Shown here piece by piece: positions 1 to 8,046 of a stretch of 40,914 nucleotides of DNA; positions within the stretch are counted from its first letter, which is position 1, and every line of letters begins with the position of its first letter. The DNA lies in the NCBI GenBank assembly GCA_003175915.1, contig PSRH01000195.1, positions 1 through 40,914 of the forward strand. Reading direction: 5' to 3'. The notes below the pieces were generated by a model. The model did not search any database and was not told the DNA's origin. It was given only the letters and a program-made list of their open reading frames with translations. The position numbers and the translations under genes were made by a program. Source of the DNA: Candidatus Melainabacteria bacterium (lineage in GTDB: Bacteria > Cyanobacteriota > Vampirovibrionia > Obscuribacterales > Obscuribacteraceae).

Positions 1-639
1 GTAGGAGAAACAGGTGCCGGAAAGACAACGGTTGCCCATCTCTTATTGCGTTTGTACGATTGCAATCCTGGTCAGATCTTCCTGGATAAAACAGACATCC
101 GCGACTTTACGCTCGATTCTATCCGGAAGATGATCGCCTTTGTTCCGCAAGACCCAATAATTTTTGATGACACTCTGCATGCCAACCTGTGTTATGAGCT
201 GGACCATCAGCCAAGCAAGAATGAACTCAATGATGCTCTTGCCGTCGTGCAACTGACCCAATTTGTCAGCAAGCTAGCGGATGGTCTTGAAAGCAGCCTG
301 GGAGATCGGGGCGTGCGATTATCCGCCGGACAGCGTCAAAGAATAGCCCTTTGTCGGGCGCTTTTGAAAAACGCTCCCATCCTGATCCTGGACGAAGCAA
401 CAGCATCGCTTGATCCGCGCACAGAAGAGCTAGTGATCAGTGCGCTGCTTAATTCTGTTAAAGGGCGAACTACTTTGCTCATCAGTCACAAGCTTTCGAC
501 AGTTCGTTACGCGGATCACATCAATGTGCTTGCCGATCATAAAATCGTCCAGTCGGGTAATCTGGCTGATTTAATCAGGGTAGAAGGACCATTTACGCGC
601 TGCTTCAACATTGAAAAAGATGCGCCGCTCATGGCTTAA
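1..639 (+). CDS. ABC exporter ATP-binding domain, 5'-truncated at window edge
   Basis: Frame 1 is open from nt 1 (VGETGAGKTT Walker A at nt 1-30). ORF 46..639 carries Q-loop VPQDP, ABC signature LSAGQRQR, Walker B ILILDEAT and H-loop LISHK. Confidence 0.9.
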   Translation, partial: VGETGAGKTTVAHLLLRLYDCNPGQIFLDKTDIRDFTLDSIRKMIAFVPQDPIIFDDTLHANLCYELDHQPSKNELNDALAVVQLTQFVSKLADGLESSLGDRGVRLSAGQRQRIALCRALLKNAPILILDEATASLDPRTEELVISALLNSVKGRTTLLISHKLSTVRYADHINVLADHKIVQSGNLADLIRVEGPFTRCFNIEKDAPLMA

Positions 640-651
640 TGGCGGCGCATC
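609..651 (-). terminator. Rho-independent terminator of the beta-helix gene
   Basis: Perfect 10-bp stem GATGCGCCGC (619-628) / GCGGCGCATC (642-651) with a 13-nt loop. On the minus strand the stem is followed by TTTTTCAATG (complement of 609-618). It lies 25 nt downstream of the minus-strand stop at 677. Confidence 0.6.
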
Positions 652-676
652 AAAATCTACAACTGATCTTTCCTAG

Positions 677-1831
677 TTAGACAAGATTAGGAAGCATTGC
701 TGTAGTGGTGTTTCCAGTTATCGTCGCAGTGTGGAACTGCGAGTCGATAAAGTACGTCAGGTCGTGCGCACCGCCCAGATACCTGTTGTTGGTTATAGTG
801 ACGCTGCTATAGGCAGAGTTGCTGACTAATATTACCGCCAATACGGGGGGCGGAGGCACTGCCTTCGCAAAACCGGCATTGATAATCGTGTTGTTGGTGA
901 TCGCCAGTGTACCGCTACCTCCGCCGGTGTCTTGGATAGCATCTAAATTAGAGTGTTTGATAATGTTGTTGCTGATCGTCAGGTTTTCGACACCATTAAA
1001 GACGATGCCCTCGCTTGCGCCCTTAATGTCGTTGGAATCAATCACAATGTTGTTCACTGAGAATCCCGTACCGAAAAGGCCGATACCAAAGCCATCCGAA
1101 TCCTTGAGTATATTGTGGTTAATAGAGCTGTTTTGCAATCCCAGAACCAAGATCGTTTGAGTGTTATCGCCGGCGAAGACGTTGCGGATAACGGTATTGT
1201 TTGCTTGGTTACCACCGAGGTCGAACTCAAGTCCAATTACCGCTTTACCGTCAATCTGATTGCGGTCATAACAGACATTGCTCGATCCGATTGCATAAAG
1301 ATTAGTGTTATCGGCCTTATCCAGATCGTTATTCAACACGTTTCCGTTCGTGGAATAGCGTACCTGCAGATCTACGTTAGCAGGGCCTTCAATTCTATTA
1401 TGGCACACCGAGAAATTGGTGGCATTCGTCACATACACCAGCGAGGCCGGCAAGCTACCCGAACTAGTTATTCGGAAATTTGTCAAGGCAGCTTTGTTGC
1501 CTGTTAGAACAATTTTGCTGCCGTTGGTGGCATGCAGACCTGTGTTGTTGTCGCCAAACATGACGACGCTATCGTCAATGAGATCAGCAGCGAAAAGATA
1601 GTCACCGTGAGGGAAAAACAAAGCTGCCTGCTGGGCCTTCGCTTGAACCAATGCACTATTAATGGCGGCGCTATCATCTGTTTGTCCGTTTCCTATGGCT
1701 CCAAAAGTTTTAACGTTCAGAGTACCACTAGCCGCCACTGGCTGTGTTACCGCAATCAAAGAGACAACCATCAAGACGATTCCATATATTGCAACAAAAG
1801 AAAAACCGCAAGACAGAGCATGCTTGCTCAT
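677..1831 (-). CDS. Membrane-anchored/secreted right-handed beta-helix protein (pectate-lyase-fold, likely polysaccharide hydrolase/lyase/epimerase)
   Basis: N-terminal hydrophobic segment FVAIYGIVLMVVSLIAV..AAS. LNVKTFGAIGNGQTDDSAAINSAL is a pectate-lyase-superfamily N-terminal motif. Repeated beta-helix turns: VCHNRIEG, INHNILKD, IDSNDIKG, ISNNIIKHS, ITNNTIINAG. SD GGAGGAG lies 5 nt upstream of ATG 1831. Confidence 0.8.
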   Translation of the reverse strand: MSKHALSCGFSFVAIYGIVLMVVSLIAVTQPVAASGTLNVKTFGAIGNGQTDDSAAINSALVQAKAQQAALFFPHGDYLFAADLIDDSVVMFGDNNTGLHATNGSKIVLTGNKAALTNFRITSSGSLPASLVYVTNATNFSVCHNRIEGPANVDLQVRYSTNGNVLNNDLDKADNTNLYAIGSSNVCYDRNQIDGKAVIGLEFDLGGNQANNTVIRNVFAGDNTQTILVLGLQNSSINHNILKDSDGFGIGLFGTGFSVNNIVIDSNDIKGASEGIVFNGVENLTISNNIIKHSNLDAIQDTGGGSGTLAITNNTIINAGFAKAVPPPPVLAVILVSNSAYSSVTITNNRYLGGAHDLTYFIDSQFHTATITGNTTTAMLPNLV

Positions 1832-2187
1832 AACCGCTCCTCCCTGTCAGAGTGTGAATGAAATTGGCTTGCGATACTAGCACAGCGCAAGGTAATTCAC
1901 GACGACCGCTCTCTTCAATTAATAAGTGGGCAGCAGTTAGCAATCTCTGCAACCAGTAACGAGACAGCTCTTACCATAGCTCTTCTTAGTCGGCCCTTGT
2001 ATACGCACGAGGCCGCAAGCTGTTTCGCTCTGTATTTCATCCTCATAAATAAGTACCTGGATGGCAATTTCTCTGCTTGCGTCCGCCATCCACCAAATTT
2101 TTGTGTATAGTTGAGGCGACAATCGTTACATTCAACAATTCAAGATGTGTGCCTGCCTTACTCAGCTATTCCACGCCATCTTCGTGA

Positions 2188-3330
2188 TTATAGGGAAGCT
2201 GGATCGCTCAGGTTCATGATATCGAGCAGTCTACTCCTCTCGACATTCCAGGCAAATCTACTAACAGCATACTGGCGGCCGGCAGATCCCATCTTATGAC
2301 GGCGCTCTTGATCATCAGCCAGCTCAAGTATTCGTTTAGACATTTCCTCAGTGTCCTTTTCTGCCACAAGATAACCGGTTTCTCGATCAGATACTGCCTC
2401 GGGAATACCGGCATGCCTAGTCGAAATGATCGGCAGGCTGTATGCCATCGCTTCCAGAATGGAGACGGGGAGGCCCTCCTGATCGTTCGTCAATTCATCC
2501 GTCAGTGAATGTTGCAGGAAGATATCTGCTTCCAACATGCGCCGAAGAACAAAGTCATGAGGTTGTGCACCAAATAATGTAACAAGGTTTGTCAGGCCAT
2601 TCTTTCTCACAAACCGGTCTGCCTCGTCGGAAAGATAACCAGCACCCACGAAATCCAGACGCAAACGAGGATTTACCATGCTGGCTTTTCGGAAGGATTC
2701 AAGCAGGAGAAGGGGCCCTTTTTTTCTGACCATTCGGCCGACAGCCAGACAGCGCACCACATTCTTGTTTTTTCTTTGCATTGGTCCTGATGGTATATCC
2801 ACACAACAAGGGACGACATGTAGTTTTTCTTGATCGAGTCCCAATTCCAAAAGACGCTCTTTGCTGTGGTTACTAACGACGATTACTCCATCCGAATCAT
2901 TGAGGCGCAAATACCTTTGCGCCCAACCTTTTTCTTTTAAGCGGGTGAACACGTCATAACCGTGCGCATGAGGAAATATACGAAGACCCATTCTTTTTGC
3001 AAGCTCAAGCCACTGGACGGACAGATCCAAATACTCGACCATCAGTGTCGAAACACCATGCTCTTTCAAGAAAATCTCTGCCCGTTTCATGATTGGCTCA
3101 TTAAGGGCTTCGGCGGGGGTAATCGGACCAAGAACAAGACAGGGAACCGCAGTGCTCCAACCGTTTTGGACGGTTTGGCATACAGTTACCGTGCTTCCCG
3201 GATATAGCTCGTCAATATGCTTGCGAATGAAGGTCTCAGAAGGAACGCCGATGTCGCGACAGACGATAGCCAGCTTTGGCCGGAGAGCAGATTCAACCAG
3301 GTTCTCTTTCTTATCCGCCTCGTTTGACAA
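2188..3330 (-). CDS. Glycosyltransferase, GT-B fold (GT4-like)
   Basis: C-terminal donor-binding signature EGLPVSILEAMAYSLPIISTRHAGIPEAVSDRETGYLV. The TTG start overlaps the upstream GT2 stop by 20 nt. Confidence 0.85.
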   Translation of the reverse strand: MSNEADKKENLVESALRPKLAIVCRDIGVPSETFIRKHIDELYPGSTVTVCQTVQNGWSTAVPCLVLGPITPAEALNEPIMKRAEIFLKEHGVSTLMVEYLDLSVQWLELAKRMGLRIFPHAHGYDVFTRLKEKGWAQRYLRLNDSDGVIVVSNHSKERLLELGLDQEKLHVVPCCVDIPSGPMQRKNKNVVRCLAVGRMVRKKGPLLLLESFRKASMVNPRLRLDFVGAGYLSDEADRFVRKNGLTNLVTLFGAQPHDFVLRRMLEADIFLQHSLTDELTNDQEGLPVSILEAMAYSLPIISTRHAGIPEAVSDRETGYLVAEKDTEEMSKRILELADDQERRHKMGSAGRQYAVSRFAWNVERSRLLDIMNLSDPASL

Positions 3331-4357
3331 GCAATTTCTGATCCTTATCTATGCCGTAAGCGATCATACAATCAAGCATACCGAAAGAGAACGCGGATAT
3401 CCTAGAGACAGGCCAGAGTATTCCGACTGGACCCAGTTTTAGGTCCCTCTCCACAGCCGCTCTCACCATAGACAGACCGCCAAATAGTCCTTCTTGCTGA
3501 AGAAAATGCCGGTAGGTAGTCAGGTCACCCAGGCGTAAATGCTTCATGGCTAGTGCACCTTTTGATCTATGCATGATCTTGAGATACCGCAAGATCTCGC
3601 CGCCCTCTCTTGTACCATATCTGTGCTCGACGACGGCCGTACTGATTGAACTGAAAGGGAGTCCTGCCCGCCAAATTCTTATGGAGATATCTCGATCTTC
3701 ACCAGAAGGGTACCTGGTATTCGGACCGAGATTGGTATCGAAGAGTCCGACCTTGGATAAAAGCACTTCTCTCCTGTAAGAAATATTGGCTCCCATCATG
3801 CCGTGCACGGTCTTATTCAGGATGTAATCGGAGCAATCGTCCCCGCCCCGCCAACTGAAATCGCCACCGCGGTATTGGGGACAATGAATCAAGCTATTAT
3901 TCTCAGGCTGATTCTCCGGTGGTAACACCGGTCCACCGACCATGCACAATGATGGATTCTTAGCGTATGCAGCAATTAACTGCTGAGCCCAATCCGGTCG
4001 AGGAACGCAGTCGTCATCCGTGCACGCCACTATCTCTCTCTTAGACACGGACAATCCTAAGTTGATAGCCCGTGATTTTCCGATACCGGAATCACGGATA
4101 TGCCGAATTCTGGGATCAGCCAACTCCGCAAGGTACGCGCTCAGTTCATTGGTATGTGATTGATCGACCAGGATCAGTTCCCAATTTTCTATTGTCTGCT
4201 TGCGGATAGCTTCGATAGCGTGGCGAGCCATATTTGGTCTGACCGTACAAATCAGAATCGAAAGGTTACTATCATTTGAATCAGTCAAAGATCGATTCCT
4301 TTCATTTCCGTCGCTTCCGTTTAAATTGCAAGCGATAACGTTCCCACTCCTTATCAA
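3311..4357 (-). CDS. Glycosyltransferase, GT-A fold (GT2-like)
   Basis: LSILICTVRPNMARHAIEAIRKQT Rossmann start and acidic motif VACTDDDCVP. Start uncertain: TTG 4357 overlaps the upstream gene by 56 nt; in-frame TTG 4288 is preceded by AGGA and gives no overlap. Confidence 0.8.
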   Translation of the reverse strand: MIRSGNVIACNLNGSDGNERNRSLTDSNDSNLSILICTVRPNMARHAIEAIRKQTIENWELILVDQSHTNELSAYLAELADPRIRHIRDSGIGKSRAINLGLSVSKREIVACTDDDCVPRPDWAQQLIAAYAKNPSLCMVGGPVLPPENQPENNSLIHCPQYRGGDFSWRGGDDCSDYILNKTVHGMMGANISYRREVLLSKVGLFDTNLGPNTRYPSGEDRDISIRIWRAGLPFSSISTAVVEHRYGTREGGEILRYLKIMHRSKGALAMKHLRLGDLTTYRHFLQQEGLFGGLSMVRAAVERDLKLGPVGILWPVSRISAFSFGMLDCMIAYGIDKDQKLLVKRGG

Positions 4358-5462
4358 ATCGACGGCGCGCTTCTTTCAAATATAGTCTCGTCTCAGACTT
4401 TACTTCATCTAAATCAAAGGGGCGATTGCGTAACCACGGAGCGTAGCCTTCAACTATTGAGCGTTCGGCTTCTAGTCTGATGGCATTTAAACTGCGCAAT
4501 CTAAGGAATCGCTCGCGATAATTTGCTGCTTCTCTCCACTTGCTCCACGCTTGAGGAACAAATTCTTCAAGAAGAATGCGCCATTTTCTGACGATGTCTT
4601 CGTTGTTAAGCTCCTGAGCGCGTACCGCCCCGTGAGCCACCATCGCTTCCCTCAATCCCTTATCTTGCTTGAGACGCTGGATCGCTTCAAATAGCTCCTT
4701 CTCAGTGGTAACCTCTAAATAATCCAGCTCACTGCGCCTGATCAGTTTAAAGGCAGAGTCTTGTCCTAGAATTGCCGGTACTCCCGCGCGCCAGGCATTG
4801 AGCAATTTGGTAAACGGTTTATGGAAGTATGGTTTCTTTGTAAAGCTACGAACGCCGACGAACACGTCGACGTTACTGTAATCATTCCATAAATCGGCTG
4901 GCTGGATTGTCCACCGGACACCGATATTATTCAGCTCGCTCTGCCACTCCGGCGCCAGTAACTGTGGGGCAATCTCGCGCTTTGTATGACCAAAGAAAGC
5001 CGCATTTTCAAAACGGTCTCCTCGATTGGGATCACGACCGATTAACCCAGTCTGAGGCCAGAGAGGAATAAAGTAAGGAGACCAGATCGTTGCATTGCGC
5101 CGACAAAGAGGATCGAGTGGATTTTGCACGATATGTATCTGGGCATAAGGCTGTTCAACATTATCAGACTTTATGGAAACGAGAAATTGCTGCGGCGATG
5201 GTTTGAAATCGCGAGCTATGGTAGGTCCTAGACAGACTATCACACCTTCCGACGGTAAGTCCTCTACCAAACTACAAGCGAAGCCGCTTGCTTTCAGTCT
5301 CAGGTATGTCTGCAGAATCCAGCAGTAGATGCCATGCTGGAAGCCCGTCCAATAGTCGTCAGCCGTTTCAGGCCATGGTTTGGGAAACGGCACATAACCG
5401 GGCGGAAGATAAAAGAAGGTCGGCGGTTGGTTGCCCACCACAGTACCGACCACCTCCGTCAA
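4302..5462 (-). CDS. Hypothetical protein, divergent GT-B-like C-terminal half with basic helical tail
   Basis: Long ORF inside a co-directional GT operon. KLLNAWRAGVPAILGQDSAF...EKELFEAIQRLKQDKGLREAMVAHG resembles the donor-binding half of GT-B enzymes but lacks the EX7E glutamates. The tail ends ...RRRFDKEWERYRLQFKRKRRK. Start is TTG 5462, or GTG 5441 downstream of GGAGG. Confidence 0.6.
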   Translation of the reverse strand: MTEVVGTVVGNQPPTFFYLPPGYVPFPKPWPETADDYWTGFQHGIYCWILQTYLRLKASGFACSLVEDLPSEGVIVCLGPTIARDFKPSPQQFLVSIKSDNVEQPYAQIHIVQNPLDPLCRRNATIWSPYFIPLWPQTGLIGRDPNRGDRFENAAFFGHTKREIAPQLLAPEWQSELNNIGVRWTIQPADLWNDYSNVDVFVGVRSFTKKPYFHKPFTKLLNAWRAGVPAILGQDSAFKLIRRSELDYLEVTTEKELFEAIQRLKQDKGLREAMVAHGAVRAQELNNEDIVRKWRILLEEFVPQAWSKWREAANYRERFLRLRSLNAIRLEAERSIVEGYAPWLRNRPFDLDEVKSETRLYLKEARRRFDKEWERYRLQFKRKRRK

Positions 5463-5516
5463 TAGCTAAAAGCGCTGAATTTCTTGTAAATTATACCCTG
5501 AATGAGGGCGGCCGCT

Positions 5517-6776
5517 TTAGCGTGGACCGAGCTGCCTGCGCCGCTCGATCGCTTTTTGATAACTAAGTTCAATGGCTGGCATAATCTTTGTTCCATCATA
5601 CGTTGCCAGGATACGAGCGCGCGCCGCTGCACCTATGCGGGCTCGCTCTGCCGGATGCTCGAGCAAAGCAACAACTGCCTGCGCCAGATCTTCAGGACTT
5701 TGCGGCGGCACGAGAGAGCCGACCTCAGGCGAGTTGATAATATCCTTCATTCCACCGGTATTGGTGGCAACGACAGCTCTGGCCGCTGCCATGGATTCCA
5801 AAACTACGTAGGGAAAGTTTTCCCATATGCTTGGCACCACACAGACGTCGGCTTGCTTCAATAATTCCGGTACTTTGGAAGGAGGCACAGCACCGGCAAA
5901 CTCTACAGCATCACCGTATGGCTCAAGCCAATCTTTCAAGTATTGCTGCATATCCTTTTCCTGATCGGGCGATTTCATTGCCCTACCCACCAGGCGGAAT
6001 CTAGCCGAGGGTATTTGTTTGAGAACAAGGGGAATGGCTCGGGCCAGATCCAGCACTCCCTTTCTGTACTCCAAGCGACCGATGTAAGTGATTGTCTGAC
6101 TCTCGGAATTAGGCTGGATCGCGAGCAAATCCGGCGAAGCAGAAAATGGCAGAGGAATGACCTGGATTTTGGATCGATCGATCAGCCACAATCTGGCGAT
6201 TAGATCTGCCATATCGCCGCACAGCGCAATAATCTCGTCGGCTTCCAGGGCGTGCAAACGCTCACTGTCCGTAAGAATATTCATCCTGATAAAAGTAGGC
6301 ATCCATCGCCAATAGGGATTCCATTTGCGTCTGGCTTTTTTGAGCATGATCGCCAGTCTCTCGCTCAAGCTGAGGCCAGGTACCCTATAGTCACACATGG
6401 TGTTGATTTCTTTTAGGACGATGCCCGGAGTATGCAGCTTGAGCACAAACGGAAGAGTAGGAATGAGCTGAAGAATTTGTCGGCAATGAGCAAAACGATC
6501 GACCCCTTCCATTACATCGAATGGCTGGATCTGGTGTCGCTTCAAGAATACTTCCGCAATCAAGGGACCAAAATCCCCCCGCTTCTCTACGACGACGCGA
6601 TGAACTTGAACTCCGCCAGGTTCGATTTCCGTTCCAGCATTTTCGCTGCCAGCAGTAAAGACTTCGACCCCGTGGCCTCTTCCTAAAAGCAGCCGGGCCA
6701 ACTGATAAATGTAAGTAGCAACGCCACCGTCTGCGGTATCCGGTGGGTACTCATAACTGACAAGAGCAATTCTCAT
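5517..6776 (-). CDS. Glycosyltransferase, GT-B fold (GT4-like)
   Basis: MRIALVSYEYPPDTADGGVATYIYQLARLLLGRGHGVEVFT (GT4 N-domain) and ENFPYVVLESMAAARAVVATNTGGMKDII (EX7E region). Confidence 0.9.
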   Translation of the reverse strand: MRIALVSYEYPPDTADGGVATYIYQLARLLLGRGHGVEVFTAGSENAGTEIEPGGVQVHRVVVEKRGDFGPLIAEVFLKRHQIQPFDVMEGVDRFAHCRQILQLIPTLPFVLKLHTPGIVLKEINTMCDYRVPGLSLSERLAIMLKKARRKWNPYWRWMPTFIRMNILTDSERLHALEADEIIALCGDMADLIARLWLIDRSKIQVIPLPFSASPDLLAIQPNSESQTITYIGRLEYRKGVLDLARAIPLVLKQIPSARFRLVGRAMKSPDQEKDMQQYLKDWLEPYGDAVEFAGAVPPSKVPELLKQADVCVVPSIWENFPYVVLESMAAARAVVATNTGGMKDIINSPEVGSLVPPQSPEDLAQAVVALLEHPAERARIGAAARARILATYDGTKIMPAIELSYQKAIERRRQLGPR

Positions 6777-6871
6777 AAGGATCTCGTCATGTCAATTGGA
6801 GTTGAAGCTCAAAACAAAACACACTTGAATCGTTTAGCCGATTGAAAGACTCGCTCAGTTGATCTGCTGTT

Positions 6872-6899
6872 ATTATAGATAATTACAGGCTCCAGCAAT
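6872..6899 (-). promoter_or_regulatory. Putative sigma70-type promoter of the minus-strand GT operon
   Basis: On the minus strand: TTGCTG (complement of 6894-6899), a 16-nt spacer, then TATAAT (complement of 6872-6877). This is about 95 nt upstream of ATG 6776. A plus-strand GATAAT (6878-6883) abuts it. Confidence 0.4.
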
Positions 6900-6954
6900 G
6901 ATCAGCTATACAAAGGCACCGCCACGCGGTCATGTGAAAGCACAGATATAACCA

Positions 6955-8046
6955 ATGCGTATAGCATTCTTTGGACACGGGCAATTTTATCAAGCCAAAG
7001 TTCCCGCTTTAGGAGCAAGGGTTCATATTGAGCAATTGCTGAAGCGGATGATTGCCCGAGGGCATGACCTGTGGTCTTCTTATCCGCCTGATAATGTACC
7101 GGAAGTAAAATCCTTACCCTGCAATAGATTATCGCGGATTCATTTGCTGCAAAGCATGGATGCGCTCTATCTCAGAGTCGACTTTGAACAAACTCTCGGT
7201 TGGTGGTGGTTGATCGATCCTCTCCGGAAAATGTTTCCGGTGATGATCTGGGAATTCAATTGCGTCCCGGACTTTGCTCGTTACGTTCAAGAAAGTGAAG
7301 GGACAATCGCGCGCAACATAGCTGACTTCAGACGCTACGCGAAAGTCTGTGACCTGGCCATCTGTGTTTCGGAAACAATGGCTGACTACGCCAGAAATCG
7401 GCTCAATCTAAAAAACACCACAGTGATTCCAAACGGCTCCGATCCCCAGACCTTTCGGCGGGACCTGGTCAGCAATCATTTTTTCGACTCCAGCTATTTG
7501 AATGTAGTTTTCATATCTGGCTCAACCCTGCACAATCAGAATTTGAGCTTATTGACCGACGTCGCCAGAATATTACTGGCCCGACAAAGCAAGATCTCGC
7601 TCCACACTATCGGTCCTTTTTCCGACGGCAAGTCTTTTTTGCCAAATATGCATCTGCACGGCAGTGTCTCCTATGAAAATCTTCCCTACTGGCTGGCTTG
7701 CATGGATGTCGGTTTATGTCTTTACCCACCTGGTCCCTGCGAATTTGCTTCTCCTCTTAAGTTCTTCGACTACTTCGCCAGTGGGCTCACGGTAATTTCC
7801 ACTCCACAAAGGCAGGTGGAAGAGATCCTGAAAAGCATCAATCAAACAGAAATGATCGTGCCTGCCGCTGATCCAACTGCCATTGCCAATCTGCTCATCG
7901 CCCTGGAATCGGATCGGCAGAAAGTGCAAAGACTGGGGCAAGCTGGTAGGGAGCTGGTAGTTAACTTCTACAATTGGGACAGAGTGACCACGGACACTCT
8001 TGCGGCCATCGAGGCCCTGAGATCTAGCCAAGAACAATGGTCCTAG
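6955..8046 (+). CDS. Glycosyltransferase, GT-B fold (divergent GT4-like)
   Basis: MRIAFFGHG..ARVHIEQLLKRMIARGHDLW N-domain start. C-terminal SPLKFFDYFASGLTVISTPQRQVEEIL...LGQAGRELVVNFYNWDRV resembles the GT-B donor half. Confidence 0.7.
   Translation: MRIAFFGHGQFYQAKVPALGARVHIEQLLKRMIARGHDLWSSYPPDNVPEVKSLPCNRLSRIHLLQSMDALYLRVDFEQTLGWWWLIDPLRKMFPVMIWEFNCVPDFARYVQESEGTIARNIADFRRYAKVCDLAICVSETMADYARNRLNLKNTTVIPNGSDPQTFRRDLVSNHFFDSSYLNVVFISGSTLHNQNLSLLTDVARILLARQSKISLHTIGPFSDGKSFLPNMHLHGSVSYENLPYWLACMDVGLCLYPPGPCEFASPLKFFDYFASGLTVISTPQRQVEEILKSINQTEMIVPAADPTAIANLLIALESDRQKVQRLGQAGRELVVNFYNWDRVTTDTLAAIEALRSSQEQWS

Noticed and set aside
819-1861. Several plus-strand ORFs (819..1160, 1115..1507, 1416..1601, 1532..1861) antisense to the beta-helix gene
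   Set aside because: They lie fully inside a well-supported minus-strand CDS. Their translations are low-complexity with no motifs, which is typical of shadow ORFs.
1868-1891. Inverted repeat CTTGCG-N12-CGCAAG upstream of the beta-helix gene, superficially related to the TTGCGA operator half-sites at 30.4-30.6 kb
   Set aside because: Only the 6-nt arms match, and the spacing differs completely. The similarity could be chance.
1937-2122. 61-aa minus-strand ORF with a Cys-rich C-terminus (CLVTGCRDC) in the 356-nt spacer, considered as a RiPP-like precursor near the ABC exporter
   Set aside because: It has a TTG start with no SD, and the internal ATG 2089 lacks a properly spaced SD. There are no leader-peptide features and no modifying enzyme nearby. 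It is not supportable from sequence alone.
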